Position numbers and translations under genes: made by a program
The notes under the pieces: model-generated
Told to the model about the DNA's origin: nothing
Database searches by the model: none
Seen by the model: only the letters and a program-made list of their open reading frames with translations
Shown: positions 37,798 to 49,350 of the stretch, one piece after another
Numbering within the stretch: position 1 is the stretch's first letter
How the letters are laid out: the number at the start of each line of letters is the position of its first letter
IMG/VR virus record: IMGVR_UViG_2700988850_000001
Coordinates: 11,773 to 75,772 of that record
Length of the DNA stretch: 64,000 bases
Direction: 5' to 3' (one strand)
DNA from: a virus
Lineage: Duplodnaviria; Caudoviricetes

Positions 37798-40750
37798 CTA
37801 CACCCTGTTAATCTTCCGGGGTGACCACCCCTTGGGAATCTTGTACGCCCGATCCTTTGCGCAGCAATCGGGGCACAACCAAGACTCGGTTCTCGTCTTG
37901 AGGCAGGCAGGGTTCTCGCCCATCTCCAAGAAGGAAACCTTTTTCACGATCAATAGATCACGGTCGGTTGGCTTGCTGCACTCGGTGCACTTGTATTCGA
38001 ACTCTATCATCGCCGGTTCCGTGCTCTCTGTTGTTGCATTGCTTCTTGGTACAGCTTGCTCAGGTTGTCCATGCCCTGGTTCAGCTTCGTTGTATCTACC
38101 TTTGTGAAGCCGGATCGTTTAGCTGATACACCCTGAGATTGCCCCATAGGTTCTTCTGCCTTAGAGGTGGGATGGAACCGCCTCCTTGAGTGAGTTTGCA
38201 GTCTCGGCGCAACTCAGACACCTGGTTGTGTATGCGATGGACCACTTGTCATAGATGCTTAGTGCATGCACCTCTGGGTGGAAAGATGATGTGCATTCCT
38301 TGAGGGTGAATATTCCATCATCCTTGGCGAACTCATCTTCGAACTCCGACATGACGATCCCGTACAAGTCTCGCATCGAGAACGGGTACTCGACCAGTCC
38401 GCACAGTCGCTGTGCCGACTGTCTGCCGGGTTCGGGTGGAAGTTTCAGCCACACTTCGCGCAGGTCTGTCGAGTGCCTGGGTTCCCGTGGAATCTTTGTG
38501 CCTATTTCGTGCGAGTCTGCTGTCGCCTCAGTCAAGAGTTCCACCTCGGCGAACAATCCTTTGCGCGGAAGGACTGGAACAAGCATGCTGTCCGGGTCGT
38601 AGTACGCAAACAGTAGCGTCTCGATCTTGTTCTTCAGTACATAGGAAATCTCGTCGCTGTACGGGGAGGCGTGACGCATCTGGTTTGGATTAATGGTCGT
38701 GACATTAAGCACCCCGTCAACTCGCATGATCTGAGCATCGAACAAGTTGCCATTACCTGTCGTGATCCTCAGCTTTCCGCCGTTGAGTACATCAACCCGT
38801 CCGCTCTTATCTTCGAACGCCTGCTTCATGTAGAACTCTGCGAGAGTGACGCGCCTACTCTCTGCGTTCTCCTCTTCAAGTGGTCTTACCATTCTCCACC
38901 TACTCTCATCTAGAAAGGGGCGAGAGTGCCAAGATAATATGCCACCCCCACCCCCTCTGTCTAGTACCAGGGTACCTATTCGATCCTGGTTAGTCAACCC
39001 GCTTCGTGTGCCGCCACCTCGGCAGCGATCTGCTCGATCACAGACACGTCTACCTTGTAGACCTTCGCGAGCGAAGGGAACGGAAGCTTCGCTCCGATGC
39101 CCCGGCGAATCGAGACAAGCTGAGTCTCGTCCAACCCATGGTTGCCGTTGGAGCTTGCCTGAGGCTTGGGTTCCGCCTTCTTTGCCGGAGCCTTCTTCGC
39201 CCGTTCCTTCTGCTCGTTGCGCAGAGCCTTGTCTCGCTGCACTGCGAGGTTGTCCGATCCCATCTGCCCCTTGGTTCCGGGAGGCATCGGAACCTCTTCG
39301 CCAGCAACGATTGCCTTGTATCGCTTCATGGCGAACTTGGCAATCTCGTCGCTGCTCTCGACCTCAGGCTTGACCATCTCGAAGAGTGCGACAGCGAAGG
39401 CTCGAGCTGCACCACGCTTCTCGTTCCATACCTTGTGATCGTCAGCCGTAGCGTCATCGCCCGGCTTACCTTCCACCACATCCTTCACAGCGGCATCCAT
39501 GTGGGACCACAGTCTGCTGATGATTGTCATGCTTACCTTTTCTCTACTCTCACCTGTCAGTGGACATGAACTCTTGAGGTGCTTGTCTCGAACCTCGGCA
39601 GCCTTCTCTCGGGTCGGGTGCGCCGTGTTCCAGTGGCATCCGTGTGTGCCGCACTTGAATACCCAGGGATTGCGTTCGAGTTCAGCCTTGATAACAAGGC
39701 TGTTATCCATATCCCTCGGGTATATGTCCGGCCATTCAGCCGGGGGCGTCATACTTCCTCGATGATAAGGATGGTTGCCTTCGTCTCTTGATCGGTCTTG
39801 ACTTCCTTCGGTACGTACGTCAGTCCACTGTTCGGGTCCAGGATCACCACCGGGTAGTTACCCGTGCCCTTGTGTGCGAACTCCTTGCGCACCATCTCGG
39901 TGAAATCAAATCCCTGCAAGGGTCTTCCATCCTTCTCTGTTGTACCAATCGCAGGCGTCAAAGCCTGCGTACTTCTCGGCCACCCGATCAATCTCTTTGC
40001 GAGCGTCGCGGCCAGTCGCCTTACGCTGCGCCTCGAGCGACGCGTGAACGTCTCGGTTTCCATCTTGCATGTGCTCGAGCCACAGCAAGATGGTGTGATC
40101 TTCCTGGGCCATGACGCTTGTAACCTTGCGTGTTCGAGTAACTGTTCTCTCAAGTCCTGCCATGTTTTCTCCTGGTACTAGTCTGACTTCAAAGAGAAGC
40201 GGCACCGTAGTGCCGCTCTCCTTGTGGATCAGAAGCCGGGGTCGTCCTCGTCGTACTCGGTGCCCTCGATATCCTCGGACTCGTCCTCAAGCTCGAGGTC
40301 TTCCGCCTCCGGATCAGCGCCCGCCTCGGCGATAGCCTTCTCACGACGGGACACGTCGTGGAAGTGGCCCAGGTCCAGGCCCTCGTGGTCGATTTCGTTG
40401 TGAAGATCGAGGGCGTCCTCGCTCGACAGCTCGTTGATATCGGCCACGCGGTACGCGTGATTGTCGAGAAGGTGGCGCTTCACATTCTCGGCAGTGACCG
40501 GGTTCAGTCGCTTGGCCCTGAGCTTCGCAGGCTTGCGCTCCGGAGCCTTCCAGTCAGCGATGCGATCGGAGGTAACCAGCTCGGTAGCCGACTTACCCTT
40601 CTCGCGCAGGATGTACATGCCGCCGTTTGCCTCGACGACCTGGTACTCCTTGGCCTCGCCTTCATTGCCCTCGTCGTCCCGAAGAACGATGGTGCAAATC
40701 TTGCCCTTGAAATCCTCGAGGTCGTTGAGGATGCTCTCTGCCGTGGTCAT
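37798..40750 (-). other. Cluster of hypothetical genes (37798-38010 zinc finger, 38161-38997, 38994-39752, 39906-40163, 40229-40750 acidic)
   Basis: Packed leftward ORFs with RBSs; no family recognised. Confidence 0.55.
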
Positions 40751-40833
40751 TTTAATCTCCTCCGTGGGTCCTTGGGTGGTGCCCGTTACCGTTACGCTAT
40801 CACGATAGCGAGCACCACCGCAACCCAATGCAA

Positions 40834-42768
40834 TCACATTAGGCGTTTGCCTAGATGCTGCACGACACGCGGATAATCCTCGTGCCCGTGTACTGCCACA
40901 GTATCGAGTCCGTGAGCGGTCGGGGAGTCCGTGCAGATTCCCACGCCGAGAAGCGTGATCCCCTTCTGCTTGCACAGTCTGATCTCACTCTGTAGCACGG
41001 GAAGTTCTTCCCTTGTTCCAGCACCAGGCATGGCACCGTCGGTGAAGTACATGATGATTTTGTCCGTGGCTCGAGACTTCTCAATCATCTTCCGGTAGAA
41101 CTGCAACGAGTGACCGTCGAAGTTTGAACCGGCGTTGCCCATGAGACGGAGGCGATCCTTGGTTGCCGAACTCCACGGGTCCTTGACAGTCTTGACCGTG
41201 TGGATATCCATGGTGTACCCACCAGCCGCATGCCCCGTGTTGTGGGTGTAGATAGAGAACTTGATACCGAGTCGCTGGCATACCTCAGCCAGTGCGTACA
41301 CGGATTCCTTGAGCATCTGTAGCCGGTTCTTATTCTGACCGTAGACGCCAGAGGAAGTCGAGCCTGAGATATCGAACCCGATCAGGACTTCGTAGTCCCG
41401 CTTGTCCGGCACCTTCTTGGTCTGGAACAGTCGCCCGTCCTTCGGATTCCATGCACGCTTCCCCAGCGACGACGATGCAATGCGCCCCGCCTTCTGGTTG
41501 CGATGGTACTCAACCCGTGCATTGATACCGAACGCGATGCGAGCATGGTTAACCGCCTTGCCTAGCACCCGCTCGGATGGAATCTCCATATCACCTTCCC
41601 ACTTGTCGCCATGGCAAGGTCCAGCGTCAGCTTCATGCACACGGATGTGATCAAAGCTGCCGGGGATGTTGTCAAGGTGCTCGAGGTTCATCACCACCCG
41701 ATCCATGGCGTGTGAGAAGTTGGGGTCGTGGTCCTGCGGGAGACCGCTTCCGCCACCCTCACCATCCTCGGCCTGCGTCACTTCACCCTCGCCTGCACCG
41801 TGACCCAGGATTCCCTTAAGGATGCCACCGAGAAGCTTCATAAGCTCCTCGAACTCCTCACGTTCTTCGTCGGTCATTTCCTCTACAGGCTTTCGGTTCT
41901 CAGTGAAGAACCCAAGCTCACGCAGCTCGGCGAGAAGTTTCGCCGATGCAATCAGCGTTGCCTTCGCATCGGCGTGGTCGGCAACGTCACTCAGGATGGA
42001 CTGAACCTTGGGCGTCTCGACAGCATCCACCGCGTCGTCGTCAAGGTGCCCTCGAAGATTGAACCCTTCCATGCTGAACAGGCACCCGATCATGACCTGC
42101 TCGTCTCGACTACGGTCACCCCAGAGCAGGTAGCTTCCGTCATCCATGGGGGTGCCGTTGCGCAGAATGTCCTGGCTTGTTGCTCGCATACTCAGCCGCA
42201 AGGCTGGTTCGAGCTTGTAGCTGGCCGTGTTGATCCGGTGATCTTCCAGCGGCATGTTCAACATGCTCAGGTGCGGATGAATCTTGCTAGCCAGCGAGAG
42301 TGAGGTTTCACACTTCGAGCTGTCAGTCCGCCTCCACAGCTCCTGGATGTGATCATTGTACTCGGGAAGAATCGGTCGGATTAGATCGTAGATATCACCG
42401 ATGCCGTAGTACGAGAACTGATGAAAGCTTCCGTGCATGATGTGCGCCAGCTCGTGGTGCAGGTGCGTGGTGACTTCATCCCGACTCTTGCATGCCCGGC
42501 AGATCAAGTGCCCGTCATATCCACGTGCGCCACACAGATTCATCTGGTGCTTGATCCTGTCGCCGAGCGAGGCGGGCGGACGAATCTCGATCTTGACTCC
42601 ATCCGTCTGAGTCTTGGTGGACGGAACTACATAGACCCGCCTGCCCGCCTTGCTGCTGGCGTACCGAGAAAGACCGGGCGTCATCTTGCGGAACTCAGAG
42701 TAGGCACGGCGTGCTCGCGCTTCGGCGTTGCGCTTTGCCTGTTCGGTGGCCGGTTCAAGCATGGACAT
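40834..42768 (-). CDS. VWA-domain protein (CobT-like) with N-terminal HExxH motif
   Basis: TDG..I, HELAH, ED.RI; MIDAS DISGS...TDG. Confidence 0.82.
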   Translation of the reverse strand: MSMLEPATEQAKRNAEARARRAYSEFRKMTPGLSRYASSKAGRRVYVVPSTKTQTDGVKIEIRPPASLGDRIKHQMNLCGARGYDGHLICRACKSRDEVTTHLHHELAHIMHGSFHQFSYYGIGDIYDLIRPILPEYNDHIQELWRRTDSSKCETSLSLASKIHPHLSMLNMPLEDHRINTASYKLEPALRLSMRATSQDILRNGTPMDDGSYLLWGDRSRDEQVMIGCLFSMEGFNLRGHLDDDAVDAVETPKVQSILSDVADHADAKATLIASAKLLAELRELGFFTENRKPVEEMTDEEREEFEELMKLLGGILKGILGHGAGEGEVTQAEDGEGGGSGLPQDHDPNFSHAMDRVVMNLEHLDNIPGSFDHIRVHEADAGPCHGDKWEGDMEIPSERVLGKAVNHARIAFGINARVEYHRNQKAGRIASSSLGKRAWNPKDGRLFQTKKVPDKRDYEVLIGFDISGSTSSGVYGQNKNRLQMLKESVYALAEVCQRLGIKFSIYTHNTGHAAGGYTMDIHTVKTVKDPWSSATKDRLRLMGNAGSNFDGHSLQFYRKMIEKSRATDKIIMYFTDGAMPGAGTREELPVLQSEIRLCKQKGITLLGVGICTDSPTAHGLDTVAVHGHEDYPRVVQHLGKRLM

Positions 42769-42780
42769 GACGCCCCCTTT

Positions 42781-44388
42781 CTAGTGGTTGCTCTTGTTAA
42801 CTTCGGACAGGATCATCTCGCGTGCCTCAGGCTCGAGATAATCCGCAGCCGCCAGCCGGAAGGCTTCGGGCATGGAGAACAGTCGCAGTGCTCGTGCCAC
42901 CTTGATGTTCTGTCGGATACCCCACGTCACCGGAAGGGCACCGTCCTCGCCGAGCTTGCGCAGCTCGGCAGAGATCTTCATGAGCGTGGACAGCTCGGAG
43001 GAAGGTAGGTCGAACCCGTCCAGCTTGCACCGCTTGAGAATGATTTCCTTCTCAAGCTTCTCCGTCGGGTAGTCCACGAAGATGTGCATGAGTCGGGAGC
43101 CGTCAGCATCGGAGATAACTTCCGCGCCAATGTTGCGGGCATCCCACGCCGGGTTCATTGCCATGCCCAGGTAGCTGAACTTGTGCCGGTCTACGACCTG
43201 ACCCTCGTTAGCATCAAGGACTAGCTGCTTGGCGTTGTCTGTCATGGGTCGGATGAACTGCCAGACTTCCGGGCCACCGACGTTCGGCTCGTCCAGCACC
43301 TGAACACAAGGCTTGGCCCACGCTCGAGGGATGCGGCCCTCCACGAAGTAGGTACCCTTGCCTTCTTCGTAATGCGTCTTGCCTTGCAGGTCGTCCAGCT
43401 CAGTTGACTTGGTGATACTCACCCGCTCGAACGGGAGACCCATGAGCCAGGCGAGCCAGCGGAACGCCTCAGTCTTACCCGTGCCAGCCACGCCGTGCAG
43501 TGCGGGAGTCTCACCCAGGTCCCAGATCGCACTGATCTTGTAGAGCAGATTGTCGTGGTCCTTGTACAGCTCAGGATGGTTCTCGTCCCCGGTCTGAGGA
43601 ATCTTTGCCAGCTCGTCCGGGTCGTTGATGAAGAAGTCCCGGTCGAAGATGGGGAGCATTACACTCTTGGTGTGGCTGTCGTTCCAGATTTCACGCCACG
43701 CCTTGATGCCACAATCCTTGTCCTCCTGTGTCACAGGCTTGTCTGTGCTGTAGTCTTGCGGGTCCTGGACGGGTGCCTCAGGCTGCGGAACATTCGCCCC
43801 GAACTTGTCGAGCTTAGGGAATGCAGGCTGCAATTCAGGGAACAGGATCGCGTCACCGAGAAGGTTGTCGATGTGCTCGTCAATGTTCGGGGCGTGGATC
43901 ATCTCGCCTTCGGTGCACGCCTCGGCAACCTTGCCAGTCTTGGCTTGGGAAACTAGGATGCCACGCTTGGCGCAGTACCCATAGTTCATGCCGAACTCTT
44001 TCTGCACCACCTTGGAGTCAACGTGGAAGTGGCAGCTCCGGCACGAGTGGGGCGCACCCCACTGCTCGCGACTTGACTGCTGCCCCTCGGGGGTCGGCAT
44101 GGTCGGCATGGGAAGTGCGACGGCGAGCGACGGCGAATCCTTTGCCGAGCGAGGGCGCGGCTTGCCGTGCGAGTCACAGGTGCGAGCGACCTGCTCCTTG
44201 ATCTTTGAGTTCACCTTCGGATCACCCTCGGGTGAACCGAGGAGCTTGCCCTTCAGGGGGCAGGTGTCAGCCTTGAGAATGGTTCCGTAGGCAGACACCT
44301 GCCCCTCGAAGCTTAGAGCCGCGAGCATGCTCGGACAGGTTGCACACGACTTAGCCGGTGCGGTGGTCTCCTCTTGTACCTCAGTCAT
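42781..44388 (-). CDS. MoxR/CobS-like AAA+ ATPase with Cys-rich N-terminus
   Basis: Walker A GVAGTGKT, Walker B VLDE, AMNP sensor; several CxxC motifs N-terminally. Confidence 0.85.
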   Translation of the reverse strand: MTEVQEETTAPAKSCATCPSMLAALSFEGQVSAYGTILKADTCPLKGKLLGSPEGDPKVNSKIKEQVARTCDSHGKPRPRSAKDSPSLAVALPMPTMPTPEGQQSSREQWGAPHSCRSCHFHVDSKVVQKEFGMNYGYCAKRGILVSQAKTGKVAEACTEGEMIHAPNIDEHIDNLLGDAILFPELQPAFPKLDKFGANVPQPEAPVQDPQDYSTDKPVTQEDKDCGIKAWREIWNDSHTKSVMLPIFDRDFFINDPDELAKIPQTGDENHPELYKDHDNLLYKISAIWDLGETPALHGVAGTGKTEAFRWLAWLMGLPFERVSITKSTELDDLQGKTHYEEGKGTYFVEGRIPRAWAKPCVQVLDEPNVGGPEVWQFIRPMTDNAKQLVLDANEGQVVDRHKFSYLGMAMNPAWDARNIGAEVISDADGSRLMHIFVDYPTEKLEKEIILKRCKLDGFDLPSSELSTLMKISAELRKLGEDGALPVTWGIRQNIKVARALRLFSMPEAFRLAAADYLEPEAREMILSEVNKSNH

Positions 44389-44426
44389 TATTCCTCATTC
44401 CCCTGTGGGTCAGGTCGCTGGTTCTA

Positions 44427-44455
44427 ATAGTAACACATTACTTGGGCGCTGTCAA
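44427..44455 (-). promoter_or_regulatory. SigA-type promoter upstream of AAA/VWA operon
   Basis: Minus strand TTGACA-17 bp-TACTAT. Confidence 0.7.
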
Positions 44456-44496
44456 CTAGGACTAGACGCCCGATGTTGGGAGACCAAGCCCCGTTC

Positions 44497-44991
44497 TTAG
44501 TTGCACGCATCCATCTCGGCAGCAGTCTTGGCGTTGTCCATGCACTCCGTGAAGGAGTTCCAGTCGTTGCCAATGTTGTCGAGGTCGTTGCCAAGATCGT
44601 TGAGCGCGCCGAAGAAGATTGCCATTCCCCAGATGCCGAGGATCACGGCGAGCACCGAGGTGATCACTCCGAAGATCGCAGTCTTCTTGTTGGTTGCCTT
44701 GTTCTTCCGGACGCGAGACCATCCGGCCAGTCCGAGGATCAGGCCAGTGACGCCGACGGCGAAGGCGATGAACCCGGTGAGCGGGACCATGCCGAAGAGC
44801 ATGCCGACGATGCCGAGAATCAGGGCAGCAAGGCCCAGCCCGTTACGCTCCGGGTTCGGGGAGGTCGCCCCCGCAACGTAGCCTCCCTCCTCGGTGTGAA
44901 ATGTCTGGTGCATCGGAGGCAGCGAAGGTGCCGTGTACCCATGGGTCCGGTCGTCCGGGAACTGTGCGCCGGGATTGTGTGGCTGAGTCAT
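44497..44991 (-). CDS. Membrane protein (DUF4190-like)
   Basis: NGLGLAALILGI...GLILGLAG..R..K..A.NK..AI.G with three TM segments. Confidence 0.7.
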   Translation of the reverse strand: MTQPHNPGAQFPDDRTHGYTAPSLPPMHQTFHTEEGGYVAGATSPNPERNGLGLAALILGIVGMLFGMVPLTGFIAFAVGVTGLILGLAGWSRVRKNKATNKKTAIFGVITSVLAVILGIWGMAIFFGALNDLGNDLDNIGNDWNSFTECMDNAKTAAEMDACN

Positions 44992-47900
44992 TGTTCTTCT
45001 CCTTCTCTTGATGCATGAGCCTCGCCTTGAGGCTCACTGCAATAGATACCACCTTGTCAAGGGTCTCTCGCAATTCGACACCCTCTGTCTGACCTTGCGC
45101 GAGATACACGCACAAGTCCATAGCCTCGTCGTATGCATCCTTGATTGCGTTGCGCCCGTTGTGCGGCTGCAATGCGGTGCCATACTTCTTGAGGCCAAAC
45201 TCTTTGCGTGCCTTCATGTCGGCAATGAAGGCTGCCTGGATATCCGAGTGTCCAGTTTGAGCTGCACCAAAGGTGCGCAGGTACATGCCAGCGATCACGA
45301 TATCGTGACAGCTTATGTTGTCGTTGTGTACGGGGTCCGGCTCGGCATCGGGTGCCTGCAAGCCTTCACGGTCGTCACTCACGAGTCGGTCCCCTTATCG
45401 TAGCCTTCCTCGTAGCCTTCCTGCCGTCCCTCGGCAAAGCCTTCCGAGTTCGCCTCGTCGATCCAGTTCTCGATCTTCTTAGCCTTGTCCTCGATCTGCA
45501 TGTCGGACTTGATCAGCTCGATGATGTTCGCCTGCGTGACTGCCATGTTAGTTGCTCTTTCCTACGGGGAGGGTTACCTTGACCATCTCGGGGCCGCGAA
45601 TCCACAGCTCCGAGATGACTTCATCTTCGTTGTGCACGGTGATCACGGACATGCTCTCCATGTCCTTCGTGGTCAGGCGACCGTACTCTTCCTGCCACTT
45701 CTCTACGGCAAGTCGATTGCCTTCACGTGCTGCGAACTGGCGCTTGGTCTCGCCGTCCTTCAGGTCGTTGCTCGTCACGTTCTCGAGCTTGATCCGGACG
45801 CTCGAAGTTCTTGATTCGGCACCCAGGCTGAACCGCATGGGTGACGTAAGCGTTACTGTTGCGTGGTCTGGTTCCTTCTTCATTCTTTCCCCTAAGTATG
45901 TCCAGGTAACGTCCGAGGTGTATAGCATCTTCCAGTTTTATCCTTTGCCCGTGCCCGAAGTTGATCAGCGTCTTCGGTTTGAGCGAGTATCCGGTGACCT
46001 GGTGGATGCCCTTGGATATCGTCAGCCAGCTGAGTTGGCGCTCAGCTTTGACTGATATCATCCTGTCCCGCAGCGCATCTTCTATCGGGAACCTGTCGTC
46101 CGATTCCATCTTCACGGATTCGTCGTACATGAACTGTACCTTGAACTCGTTGGCTGAAACCTTCTTGATGTATGACCTGAATCCGTTGCGCCTCGCCCAC
46201 CTTGCGGCAGATGTGCGGCACTGATTGTAGTTCGGCAGTCCAGTGTCCTTGACCCAGACCCGGACGACCGTGCCGTTCGTAGCGGCTATCTTGTGCCAGA
46301 TTCTGGTGGACTTGCGTGCCTGCTTCGGTGGATCACCCAGGTGCATCTCTCACCTGCCGTCGCTCATGCTCGGTCTCCCGTGGATCGACCGGGATCGGAA
46401 GCCTTCTCAGGCCCGCCGGTCTTGTTGGTCGTCGCCGTCTCGCCAGTGTTGACGTTGGTCAGTCGTGGCGAATCGAAGGTGTACTCCTTGAGCGCGCCTT
46501 CGACCATGGTCTCGATCGTGACCCGCTCGCACCCGTGCTGGTAGAAGTGGATCGAAGTTGCCACCCCACGAATGCCGGTCTGCTTGTCGAGGTACCGCTC
46601 ACCGAGAATGATATCGGTGTCGTAGTTGACCTTGCTCTTCTTCTTCAGTCCCATTTCAGTTCTCCTCCACGTACAGCACTGCAATGACTTCGGTGGTCGT
46701 GTGTGTGATCAGCCATGCCACCACATCCCACTCGATCTTCCCGTAACGATCGCCGTACTCCCTGACTGCACGCTTGCGCGCCATGTCCTCAGCCTCGATC
46801 CGAAGCTTGTTCAGGTCACCCTGAGGAAAGGACGGCAGCCTGACCGTGACCGTGACGATCGGGTTGTCCTTCATGAACTTCCGAAGCCAGTTCCGGGAGT
46901 TCATGCGGGCATCGACATGCCTGATCTTGGGTCCGCGTGCAGCCATTGAAGTATCCTTCTCATATGTGCCCGCCCCATCTACCGGGGAGGGCGAAGCGTG
47001 TGCCCGCGCAGCGTGGACGACGGGAGCAATCCGCCGTCGTCCACGCCTCGCCGGGTGGATGGTCTGTGGGTCAGGGCTGGTCCAGCCTGTTTACGTCGTG
47101 ATCGTAGTACGTATTGTCTACGCCAAGTTGTTCCTGCGCCTTGTCGTGAGCTTCGTCGGGATCGTGGGCCTCGACAACGGCCCGCCTGTAATCACGGAAG
47201 TAGAAGATCACCTCGTACTGTGCCATATCAGAACACCTCTTCCGGGGGAAGCTTGTGGTCGAGGGGCTTCTGCTCCTCGTAGATCTTCTGGTACTGCTCG
47301 ACCGGCTCGGTCGGGTAGTCTCCCAGGTCAGGGTTCGGCGCATAGATATCAGCAAGGCGAGACTGGAAGTCTGCCTCGAGTGCCGCCGCCTGTGCAGCTT
47401 CCCGTGCCGCCTGCTCGGCTCGGTAGTCTACATACTTGCCGTGAGCTTTGGTGACCACTGTATCGTGCAGCTCGGACAGCTTGCCGATGGTCAGTAGTAC
47501 GCCGAGGATCACGACCGGGATTAACAGGAACGGGAAGAGCAGGCAGGCGAACCCGGTCAGTGTCACCGCGAACACAGCGCCCAGCATGCTGAGCAAGTTC
47601 TCACCGTCAGAGTTCGCAGCTACCCCGATGCTGTGACCCTTGCCTAAGGTATGCTCCCGTTGGAACTCCTCATTGTCCATGTGATGATATGTCATGGCAT
47701 GTACACGCCCTTCATATCATTTACCCAATTGATGTGGGCAATGTTCCGCTTCTCGCAGTCCGGCCCGATGCCATACCAGATGGACCTTGCATCTGTGAGC
47801 TGCTTCCCGCAGTTGCCGCAGCATCCCTTCTCCGTGGCGAAGTCGAACGCTGCCTGGTACGGATTGGCTACGATCAAGCCGATCAGTTCCGACAACCGTT

Positions 47901-48909
47901 CTCCGGCAACCATGCGATTGTTCTGGAACACTAGCTCGCCCGACTTCTTGTAGATCAGGCGATTCGTTCGCACATCCCCGTGCTGTGTCTTGACAACCAG
48001 GTGGTCCTTGTAGGTGCCACGCTTCGGTCGAGTCACATGGAAGAACACGTACTGCTTCGGCCCGTCGGTCACGTCCGGTGTCACTGCATACCTACCATCC
48101 CGGATCAGGTTCACGATCTGGAAGGTGACGATTGCTTTCTTCGGGGAGTTCGGGTCCATGTCCGGCTGCTTCTTGAGGTAGGTGATGATGCGGGATGCAT
48201 GCGCTCGAGACTCGGCAGGTTTCATCTGCCCCTTGTATCCCTTGCGCTTGATTAGGTCCTCGATGTACTGCAACTGTGCAGCAGTCGGCAGCAAGTCCGA
48301 CATGGTTACCCGGCGTGATGCCTGGGCGACGTTACTTCTACCCGAACAGTTCCGAACACCGCTCGTGTCTTGATGGTATCCCTTGCAGTGATAGCAACGA
48401 ATCGCCATTGTCTAACCTCCAACTGTGTTGCTGGGCAATGGTACTAGACTATATTAGCCTAGCGTCCCATGTCAAGTGGGTCATTAATGAGTGGGGACTT
48501 GGAGCGCAACCCCTGTGTATCCAACGCTCCAAGTCCCCACGATCAGGGTAGCCTCAGGCTACGGGAGGATACCGGCGATCTGGTACTGCGCCTTCTCGAC
48601 AGCCTCTTCGACACTGGACGCCTTGACCGTGACCATGAGCGGCTGCTCGCGGTGCGTCTTGGTGTCGTGCGAGAAGTGCGTGTTCTCGATCTCACGGGGG
48701 GAGTGGTAGCCCGACGCGTGAGCTTCCCCGCGCTTCTGATCCTCCGTCTTGGTGATCGCCTGGTAGGTGCGCTGGACGCTGACGCTCACCTCGTAGGAAT
48801 CTTCCACCACGTCACCGACCTGGGGAACGGTGCCCAGTACGACTGCCGGTCGAACGTCCGACTTCTTGTCGGTCGATGCACCGTTGGAAGATGCTGCTGC
48901 ACGTGCCAT
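44843..48909 (-). other. Cluster of about ten small hypothetical genes, including an HTH-containing ORF (45723-46346) and a Cys-rich ORF (47692-48408)
   Basis: Packed leftward ORFs; promoter TTGACA..TAGTCT near 48447-48476. Confidence 0.5.
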
Positions 48910-49078
48910 GTCTTATTCTCCTGTGGGTCTGGTACTAGTGTGAGTGTTTAGAGAAGCCGGGTGCATTGCGCATCGAGGCGTTTCTATGCACCCGGCTTCT
49001 CGTTGAAGGGCCACCTGATCCGGTCGATAGCCTGACGTTTAGTCCCGTCAGGTTTGCACCGAATGCTGCGCTGCCCTT

Positions 49079-49209
49079 GCGCGTTGTGAGGGAATCGAAC
49101 CCTCAGTGAAGCCTACGTGTTCTTCACTGTAGCAGACAACCCTGGCGCCCAATGATCTTGCGATCGAAGGGAGTTACTATCCCAGTCCTTGTCACCAGCT
49201 ACACAACGC
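49079..49209 (-). ncRNA. tRNA-like structured RNA (non-canonical cloverleaf)
   Basis: Acceptor GCGUUGU/ACAACGC, T arm GAGGG-UUCGAUU-CCCUC and two further arms, in a 440-bp non-coding gap. Confidence 0.6.
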
Positions 49210-49350
49210 TGCCCCGTGGTCTGACTCACACAGAAGATGTTCGACCTGCCTCAACACAGGTGTTGCATCTAACGTGTTCGACAAGAGTCTGACCTTGGAG
49301 CCGGGTGAGGTGAGCAGCCGCCAGAACTATTCACCTCACCCGGAGTCTTG

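Noticed and set aside
36688-37800. Classical lysogeny module (integrase-attP-repressor)
   Set aside because: No flanking non-coding attP, arm-type repeats or divergent repressor visible.
49079-49209. Canonical tRNA gene
   Set aside because: About 130 nt, no standard D arm or 7-nt anticodon loop; reported as a tRNA-like RNA instead.
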